This document shows positions 54,849 through 64,000 of a stretch of 64,000 nucleotides of DNA, piece by piece (position 1 is the stretch's first letter; the number at the start of each line of letters is the position of its first letter). The notes under the pieces are model-generated. The model did not search any database and was not told the origin of the DNA. It worked only from the letters and a program-made list of their open reading frames with translations. The position numbers and the translations under genes are program-made. The DNA is from Chrysomallon squamiferum. Its lineage: Eukaryota > Animalia > Mollusca. The stretch is taken from contig CM022667.1 in assembly GCA_012295275.1 (NCBI GenBank), positions 15,500,001 to 15,564,000 of the forward strand. The letters are read 5' to 3'.

Positions 54849-55132
54849 GGAGCGTGTGTCTGGTTGACACATCTGAACATCGATCGCTGTATTTCGGCTG
54901 ATCTGTCCAGAAAGCTTGTCCCGTTTGTGCACATACGCAGGTGCTCCCGAGTCGAGCGCTCGGTAGAGCTCCATTCAAAATTGGCCTCGTCCTAACGGGC
55001 GCTGAGCCGTAGGGTTTATAAAGTCCATCCTGGCTTCTCGAAATTCAACTGTCTAAAATCGGAAGTTGGGGGTTCTCAACTTATTTATGGCGCTCCGAAA
55101 CGGCACTGCATGTGGCAGTTTGCCAGCTTTTT
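54849..55132 (+). ncRNA. 7SK: 7SK snRNA (about 284 nt)
   Basis: 5' GGAGCG pairs with CGCTCC (55091-55096), as in the 7SK end-closing stem. The 5' hairpin has twin GATC motifs (54882, 54900) in GATCGC...TTCGGCTGATCTG, as in the HEXIM-binding stem. Central CTCCCGA...GCGCTCGGT and CGTAGGGT match vertebrate 7SK. The 3' hairpin GGCACTGCATGTGGCAGTTTGCC (LARP7 stem) is followed by a TTTTT terminator, and there is an upstream TATA box. Confidence 0.93.
55128..55132 (+). terminator. Pol III oligo-T terminator of 7SK
   Basis: TTTTT directly after the 3' stem-loop. Confidence 0.85.
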
Positions 55133-55778
55133 CACTGTTCATTTGTTTGCAGATATCTTTTCGATTTGATTCATTAAATGTATTTAAATATATATAATTC
55201 TAGTTTAAAAGATTTTGTTTAGTGGAATTTACCTCCATGAACATGTATTTGCAACGTATAAACAATCATGAAGATATAATACGAAATTTGGGTTTAATTT
55301 GAAATGTGAACATTAGAAAAATAATGTTTAAGCTATAGAAATAATTCTTAACAATCTCATATTTAAAATTTTAATATTACTATAACATGCTTTTCATGAA
55401 CAAAATTCTTCTTCATCATCTTCTTATTACATTTTTGTTTAAATATATGGATTAACAGACCATCACATTTTAATTTGGTTTATAGAAAAAAATTACAATT
55501 AATCAGCAAGAACATAATCATTTTATGAATCATATCAAAAAAACAAAACATAAATCTACAAAATCCATTTATATTTCACATGTAGTTTAGCCTACATACA
55601 CAGTCTGAAGATAATTTTATATTCTTTAAATGAAGCTTGTATACACTAAATTATTAGAAATTTGAAAATATCCTTTTTTATTTCTGGATGTTTTTTTGTT
55701 GTTTTTTATTAGCAGATATTCCAGTCATTCTTGGAAGCATGGTTAAACTGTAAAGTGAATAATTATATTTGTTTGTTT

Positions 55779-55812
<34 letters not shown>

Positions 55813-56004
55813 CAGTAACCATAGCAAAACCATCATCTTTTGTGTTATGAGATAAATTTTCAAATTAAACCTGAAATAAATATAACACCATTTTTTATAC
55901 TAAAATTCAGAAAATCAGATTGTTTTCAAGATGACATGTATTTTTTTTTTTCATTTTTGATGAAACTAGTTCAAATGAGAATGTTGCTGGATAGACCTGA
56001 TCCA

Positions 56005-56280
56005 CAGGGCTGGATTTCCCACACAGGCTTTCTAGGCTAGTGCCTAGGGCAGCAGGATGATAGGGGTGACAGTTTATGTTTACACAAATTCGTATTTTCA
56101 CATTTGATTTATAAATAAATCATTCTGTAAATGTAAAACCATGTTTTAGCTTTCAACTACATCGTAAGTTATAACAGTTATATAAACAAAGTGGGAAGGG
56201 TGAGGGGGACTTGAGCCTTGAGGAGGGGGCAGTAAAATTTATTTAGCCTATGGGCAGCAAGCACATTAAACCCAACCCTG
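56005..56280. mobile_element. Putative hAT-like MITE (about 276 bp)
   Basis: Imperfect TIRs CAGGGCTGGATTT ... AAACCCAACCCTG with internal GCCTAGGGC/GCCTATGGGC motifs; the 8-bp flanks match only partly (CTGATCCA / CTCTCGCA). Confidence 0.5.
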
Positions 56281-56774
56281 CTCTCGCATTAGGTTTTTAG
56301 TTTAAATTTACTATCATTTGCATTTATTATCATGTTTTAAAGACTAGCAGAAAAAATGCAACTTGCACTGAAAGGATATTATTTAGAGACATTTTAAGTG
56401 GTGGATCAATAAAGATCAAATAGACCCCGTCTTAAAATGTATAAATTCTTATCTGTTAAATACTGTTTCATTCTTATTTCAAGTATACCTTTAGTCTGTA
56501 TCCAGAATTTTAACTACATCCAGACCCAATGTCTTTTTTTAATGGATAAATAGTTGACTATCTGTATTTTGTTTTTAATATTAAAACATTTTAATCTGAA
56601 AGTGATAACACTACTCAAAATTTTTAGATTTCTTTTTTTTTTTTATTATTAATTACATCATAATTGTTAATGTCCATTTTACTCATTGATATTAATATCA
56701 AAACACACTAAGTTCATTATTATACAATGTTTTAGATTTTTGCCTATCTCATTCACTTTATGTTTATTTGTTTA

Positions 56775-59700
56775 TCAACTTTTTTTGTCCTCTTCGTACT
56801 GTATTGAAGGGTATGTGAACTGGTGCAAATCTTCATGAAATATTTCTTCTGGTATTTCCTCATCTGCATCTTCAGGCATCCATGTAGGCATGGGAAGAGG
56901 TGTTTTAGGTTTCTTTAAGGGCAGATTTGTATCATAGACTCTGACCATGGTGTGGCAGGCCCCAGGCACACTTGGTCCATGCACGTATAAGATGTTGTAT
57001 TTTGTGTTGATTCTCCAGATCTTAAACAAAATAAATATTATGTTAAAGTGATAAGATTTAATATAAAAACAGTCTAAAAAAAACACTAAATTCATTCAGG
57101 ATACCTCCGAATGTTACTTTATTTTTGCTTGTAGTAATCTTTTAGAATAAATATCAATCACAAGAAAAAAGATTTAATATTCAAGATGGCTGACATTTTC
57201 TCATTTTTATCACATTATATTGCTTGCTTACAGCAAAACTGCAATTGTTCTAATTTTAATTTTTGAGAAATCAGAATTGTATTGTTTTCAAATTATCTTC
57301 AAAATCAGGTTCTTTGTCAGTCATGATTATTTTCTGCTATACTTTTATTTAAGTTTGATTTTATTTGGTTCATTCTCCAGTAAGATTATACCATGGAATA
57401 AACAATGAGCCACACATCTCAAAATTGAAATTTTTGATATAAAGAGTTTGTTTACTAAGCACTGTACTTCATATATAATGCTGATTTATTTAGAAGGTGA
57501 CCATACTCATACTGCAAAGATTTATTCAGTCAAGTAGGGTATCTTCACTAATTTCTTTTGTAATACAAAATGAATATGTCACGATAAATGAGAATATGTC
57601 AATCTTTGTCCACCCTCTTCAGCTTGTTGTTTTATTCTTGAACTTACACAATCATTTAGAAGTATAAAACATGTATTCAGACCATTAGTTCAAGCTATCA
57701 CATATCCCATTTTTTCATTTTAAATCTTCATTATTATATTTTAGTTCAATCTTTGTTATGAAACAAGAAGTGATTAATACCTTTTAATTAGTCACATTAC
57801 CTGAATTCAGAAAACTAACATGTATTTAAATACTGGAAAAGTATAATAATAATTTTTATGACATTATACTGCTTGCTTACAGCAAAACTTTTTACAACCT
57901 CTTACTATTTTGGATTATTATTTTTATTTTTTTTTTTTTTTTGGGGGGGGCAGTCAAACCAAAATTTCTATAATTATGAAAAAAACAACAAAGATATGTT
58001 CTATTGTTGTTATTATTAAACACAAACAGAAATCTAGGAAATCACTTACCCGTAATCCCCTTAAAACTTTCCAGTCATCTCCCATGTGGCCTGGCATTCT
58101 CTTGCCTTTCCAGATCCTTCCAGGATCCTATAAAAACAACGCCGCAACACTTTTTTCAAAAATTAAGTTCAAAATAAGAAATCAGTTGTAAGTTCATTAT
58201 AAAGCATCGAAACATTCTCCAGTGTAATGTACCAAAATATTCTCCAGTGTAATATAAAAATGCAAAAACAATTATAAAGGTTTATGTTTGCAGAATAACA
58301 TATTAGTTACAAAATATCTTAAAGATTCTGAGAAAATGGAACTCGGTGGTGTATAAATATGAAAATTCATTATTTAATTCAATGTAAATATTTGTATTCA
58401 TCTTACCCCTCCTCCACCTGAGGCTCCCATTTTTCTGTGTGCTTTGGTTACACCATGTGACGCCCCCATTCCCTTCATACCCCACCTCTTGACCACGCCT
58501 TGGAAACCATAATCAATACTGCAAATGAAAAAATAAACAAATTAAATTATATATATATAATGTATACACATGTACATGTGTTTGTGTGTCTGAATCAAAT
58601 TAATATTAAATAAACTTAGTTATATAGAAAGATAAAAAGTTGTTTAATAAAAGGAGATAGATACATACATACACATTTCACAGACAGACACCTATACAAA
58701 CAGCGAGAGAGAGAAACAGTCAGGGATGAATAAAACAAAATGAGTTACATATTTCAGTGTTTCTATCATAAAACCTAAACAATTATACTACAGCATATTT
58801 TTTTTTTTTTTAAATACTGGAAATAACTCTTCTTTCACTATTTTAATAATTATGAATTTTATGATCAAATATATTCTGTGTAATACAGAAATATCCTTAC
58901 GTTCTTGCTTGGCAGTCGACATAGTCCCCAACTCTGAAGTGCAAAGCATTGAGTGGCGTGCCTGGAATTTTAAAACAGCATTATCTACACACGTGTAACT
59001 ATTACATTTAGTCATGACACAGTAAAAATGTTTAGCATAAGTAAAGGCTTAACATCCTACCATTGGATCCATGACAAGTGCCATGGTTGTTGGCCTACAT
59101 ACTTGCCATGGTGCCTCAAAACCGGCACAATCTCCACAACAAGTAGAACTTGTGGTTATTTTACCTGACTTGCCTCTGTGCCACTGCCATAAATCACACC
59201 AATTTGCTAACTATGTCTAATGAAAACCATTAAAAAACATGTATTTCCTGGCATTTTTAAAATGTTTTGCATTACAACTTCTACCAAAAGATCAATTCTC
59301 AACTCCACAAGGCAGCATTGTGTTTGCAGCCACATCTGCTTAACTGTGTGATACCTCACAGAACAAGGCCCGTATTATAAGTACAGTATTCCTTCGCTAT
59401 TCGTGGGGGTTACGTTCTTTACCCCCCCGCGAATAGCGAAAAACCGCGAATATTGGATGCAGTTTTAAAACGTCTATTATGAGATTATATACAGTACTAA
59501 ATGCTTCCCAAACACTTTCTAAAGACACTCTTACTCATTAATACAGTAATAAAGTAATATTGCATGCAGTTATGTATTTCACTAATGTAGTAATGATAAT
59601 GTAAACACATTTTAATTTTGTACTGAAACAATATTTTAATCAGAAAGAAACGTAAGTACAGGAGGACAGTAACACCGATAGCATAGTTACCCATACTGTA

Positions 59701-62700
59701 TTAAAATAAAGTCATTTTCTATGCGTACAACATATGTATTAGAATTGACAGAAAGTGGAACAAATTTAAAGGCAAACAGACAGATAAATACAGTACGCAC
59801 AGTTCAGGTAATAATAATACAATTCAGTAATAATATGCAATTAAAAACATTATTAATACACGGTCACAAAAAATATGCACTGTATATACAGTGTATGCAT
59901 TTATAAAAAAAATACGTACTGTATTGCAATAATAATTGAAAAAATTTGATATTGTTTGTGCGGTTTACCGAGCATTTGTTTTTATGACGTTATGACGCTC
60001 GCCTGGTATACCAGCATACAATGCGATAGGGTTAAGAGCCTAACCCGCGAATATACGGGGCCGCGAATGGGGAACCGCGAATAGGTGAGGGTATACTGTA
60101 CTTTATCATACATGTTACACATAATATTACAGTTTAAAATGTGTGCCAACAAGGAATTAACTATTCACATAAAGTAATACCTGGTTGTAGTTTGGCATCA
60201 TCAGTTATAATAAAACGGGTCAGTTTTCTTTTTGGAGGAACACCTGCCTCCTCAAACAGATTGTTGTAAGATTTAGCAAACTGAAATCAAGTGAAATGAA
60301 GTAAGTGAAACTTGTGAAAATAAAATAAAATGTTTACAATAACAAAATACTGTAAAACATAAAATATTAGTTTCTTCAAACAGAATGTAAAATATTTGGA
60401 AAACTGAAAACAAATATAATCCTTATGTGGAAAAAAGAAAAATGTTTTCTGTAAAGAAACAAAATATCGAAAAACAAAACATCAGCATCTTCTAAAAGAT
60501 TGTTGTTAGATTTAGCAAACAGAAATTAAGTAAAATGCAGGAAATGAAACTTGTCAAAGTAAAATAAAATGTTTACTGCCAAAATAATTAATCATTTCAA
60601 AACAATGAACTTCTGCAAAGAATGAAAAGTTAAATGAACCATGGACACAATATAATTAATGTACCTGATAAATTTATTAGTTACATTTCTTAATTTATAT
60701 AACCTTTTTTTTTTCTTCTTTTTTGTCATGATGAGTTGAAGTTAATAGCTGTTTAACAATATTATGTCAACACAACCTTTTAACATTAATATTTTTTTTA
60801 AAAATTATGATGATGTCTTAGAGATAAAGCCTTATTCCATCACACCTATGTTTCACATACCAGGAAATTGCTTGTCTTTTCTTTTCTACTTTAAATTTCA
60901 AAATGGGATCAGACTTTTGTCAAATTGCTTCATTTTATCTGATTCAGAAAGATCTGGGCATTTATGTAATTATAAGATTTCTCAAAACAAAAAAATAAAC
61001 AAAAGATGAATTAAACTATTTTGAAATGTGATCAATTTAATTACCATCCTGGGATCACTGCTGAGAGCACCTACTACAACTGATCCATATTTTGTACCCC
61101 ACCAAGGTTTCCACCCCCCAGTTTTGACAAATTCTTCAGGTGGAGTGTATCTGATAACATGATTGTCCAATACCTGAAAATAAACAAAATAATAAATAAA
61201 AATTAAATTATTTTAAAATTATCTGTGCTTGAAAGAAATCAATATATATTTTGATAATTATTTTTAGCATTATTATATCAAAGAAGAACTTTATTTTATT
61301 CTTATTAATGTCCAAGCAAGGTATCTTTAATATTACTTACTTATATATAGCAAAAAGTACAAAAATATCTTTGATACACCAATCTCGATTTGGATATAAA
61401 TAAGAAGGTTAACTAAGAAGAACATTAAGTTAAGTTCATCAGTATTTAGTTTATGTGGCAAAAAGTTGTAAATATTAACAGATTAAAAATTTGATTTCAT
61501 TAGAGTTTATTTTTGTTTCTTTGTTTCTTTGATAACATTAAAAGATGTTTTTCTAGGTACAGAGACTGTATATATAATGAGAGTATTTGAAACTCTAAAT
61601 AAAAATAAACTAACCTGTAACAGTGTTGTGTAGAATTTGTAACCATCTTTAGTCCACTGAGGAACAACACCAATCTTTACAGCTAAAACCCCAACTCGCT
61701 TTGTTCTGAAATTGAAAACGTAAGTCAAAATATGACAGTCAGAATAAACATATGAATTTCATAGAAATGATAGATACAACTGAAATGTTTTTCAGAAAAA
61801 CATCCACCTGACAAAGAAAGACAGAGGCATGCATTATCACTTTCTTATGACACGGTTTTGTACACATACATCACCATATCAACATTTCAGTTTTTTTGTT
61901 TCTTTTAGTAATGAATACCTATACATAATGACATGCTGTCACATAAGAATGGAAAAGTCAGCCATGATATATATTTAAAATTTTATTATATCTTTGTTAT
62001 ATTTTAATATAAGAGAAATGTTATTGCCAAAAAAAAAAAATTAAAATTAATTTTATGTTTGCTTTTGAAATAAGGTTATGACTATGCAATCACGGTTACT
62101 TTGGTGTGTATGTCCCTCGTTCCCATGGTGCATCTTTCAGTGGGCTGACTTCGTCTTTGTACCTATCTATCAGAACCTGGTCAAGAAACTGTTCATTCTC
62201 TGCTGTCAAAAACTGATCGGTTGCTGTTGGTTTTACGTGCACAAACCACGATGGAGGACCACCTGACCGCCGTCTTGACCTTGATGGCTGATAATTTACT
62301 AAAACTCTGCAAAAAAAGATTAAAAAAAAAAAAAGAAGTCACATATTAATAGTATCTATTTCACACAATAATTATAGCTTTTGTATAAAAGCAAAGAAAA
62401 CTGGATTTTGGTTTTCAGTGATGTACCTAAGTTATCTGTTTTGTAGTTTTGATGTCCTGATAATCTGCAAAATTAAGCCTAATACTAAATCTGCAACAAT
62501 TAAGCCTAACAAAGAGATTATAACTTTCGAGGTTACAATTAAACATGAACAGAATTAATATTGAAAGATGTTTTTGTATAACTATATTTATTAACTGACA
62601 CATAATACACATGATAATTCATTAACTGACACAGTTGTTTTAAGTCAAAATCATGATCATAATCATTAATAATAATAATAATCTGTGTTACAAGCTAGAT

Positions 62701-63029
62701 GGAGTTACAATTAAGGAATTTAAATTCATAATAAATGATTATATGACTGTGAATAACAATATCTGAACAGCAGAACATGACTATTAATGCATTATATCCC
62801 ATTTTAAATGATTTTTAGTTTTTCTATTTCATCCAAGGTTACATTACTGTGATTACAGAAAGTTGCATTACCACATTTTTATGTCATTATGTTTGTCATT
62901 TTTAAACAGACCGTTAAATATGTACTGAAATATTTTATACCTAGCACAATGACAGCTATCGAGCATTAATGAGCTACATATCGCATTAGAAGCTCTGCAG
63001 ATCACGTTTCCAATCTGCATGACAGCCAT
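56775..63029 (-). CDS. MRPL3: 39S mitochondrial ribosomal protein L3 (uL3m), 9 exons, 370 aa
   Basis: Minus-strand exons with GT-AG boundaries and consistent phases: 63029-62941, 62306-62100, 61705-61615, 61173-61045, 60280-60181, 58961-58901, 58518-58407, 58127-58050, 57020-56775. uL3 motifs: [87 protein letters not shown]. Confidence 0.95.
59384..60098. mobile_element. Tc1/mariner-pogo (Tigger-like) non-autonomous element in MRPL3 intron 5
   Basis: TA target duplication on both sides; TIRs CAGTATTCCTTCGCTATTCG ... CGAATAGGTGAGGGTATACTG; subterminal CCGCGAAT repeats at both ends. Confidence 0.85.
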
Positions 63030-64000
63030 TTTGTGATGTTTATATCATAATAAAAAATAATTGTTTTAAAAATACATATTTATGAACCGCTCAAAATTTA
63101 TAAAACGATAAAATAATAATTTTATAATATATATGGATATAATTTCATTAAATATCATTGCGTTAAAGACATGTTGAATTTTACACTCTATTTGTTATGT
63201 CTGAAGGGACGTAGAAAACATTCGTAACATTTCGGCTTCAGTTTCGGAATTATTCGCCATCTTCCGCTTCAGATGTTTGCGAACTTTCATGCTTGAACCT
63301 AATTTAAAAGGGAGTTAAAGAGATTTGGCAGTAGATGAAAGTCTTAGGTAATCGAAGGCTATAAAGCGAAAGTAAAAATATTGGTTATCGACTTTTTAAA
63401 ATATTATTTCGTAACAGAGAAATAAATAATATTATGCATTTGGCAAATTCTGCACGAAAAAAACACAAGTTACATGATAAATCACAAGTATTAAGTAATA
63501 AATGAAGTGTATTAAAAGAGATGGTGTCTCATAAAACTTAGACCTTGAATTTGTATTTAAGGCATCCTTTTACAATCCTTGACTCTTTCGAAATAATTAC
63601 AACATGAATTATAAGTATCAGATGAAGTATTAACAGAGATAAATATATGGTTTGTTATGACAGATACTGAGCTTTGGATTGCTTCTGAATAACTGCATTG
63701 CTTTGATAACAAACCTAATTTTAATTAATAAATAAATAAGGACATGTTTTATATCTAGTTATAAATATTATTTTTTAAATAACTTTATTGTCTTATATTT
63801 ATATTGTACATTATTGTTGTTTTTCTTCATTGATTAATTATATTATTGATTTAAAATTAAATATGTGTATTATTAAATCAACAGTAGTAGTAGTAAATTT
63901 TCGGTTTTGATTCCTTTTAGACCTATGTTATCTACGTTTTTGTTTTTTTTACATAGGTAACAACATTTGAAAGATACTGAATCCAAGTAGAAGTATAAAA

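Noticed and set aside
50646-55132. Functional link between TRPT1 (RNA end ADP-ribosylation) and neighbouring 7SK
   Set aside because: Adjacency alone is weak evidence in animals, and 7SK's 5' end is a MePCE-methylated triphosphate, not a known Tpt1 substrate.
59040-59370. GC-richer intronic stretch, possible snoRNA or transposon remnant
   Set aside because: No convincing C/D or H/ACA boxes, TIRs or ORF seen.

Overview
AT-rich, microsatellite-dense, intron-containing animal genomic DNA (invertebrate; the 7SK sequence and repeat style suggest a mollusc or other lophotrochozoan, which is inference). From left to right: (1) a + strand gene with 13 shared coding exons encoding a coiled-coil protein with a C-terminal CAP-Gly domain, with three candidate alternative first coding exons (1031-26271); (2) a tandem array of four CDS-intronless TRPT1/Tpt1/KptA-family (NAD+-dependent RNA 2'-phosphotransferase / nucleic-acid ADP-ribosyltransferase) paralogs with RGG-rich N-termini. 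Two copies carry very large 66/72-aa repeat tails (1385 and 2311 aa), one is degenerate and one is split by a 1-bp deletion, and each has an ISRE/IRF-like motif about 120-135 bp upstream of the ATG; (3) a 7SK snRNA gene (54849-55132) with a Pol III type-3 promoter, plus two orphan copies of that promoter inside the TRPT1 array; (4) a 9-exon mitochondrial ribosomal protein L3 gene on the - strand (56775-63029); plus MITEs and mini/microsatellites. The best candidate for an undescribed system is the expanded, rapidly diversifying, possibly IRF-inducible TRPT1 array.
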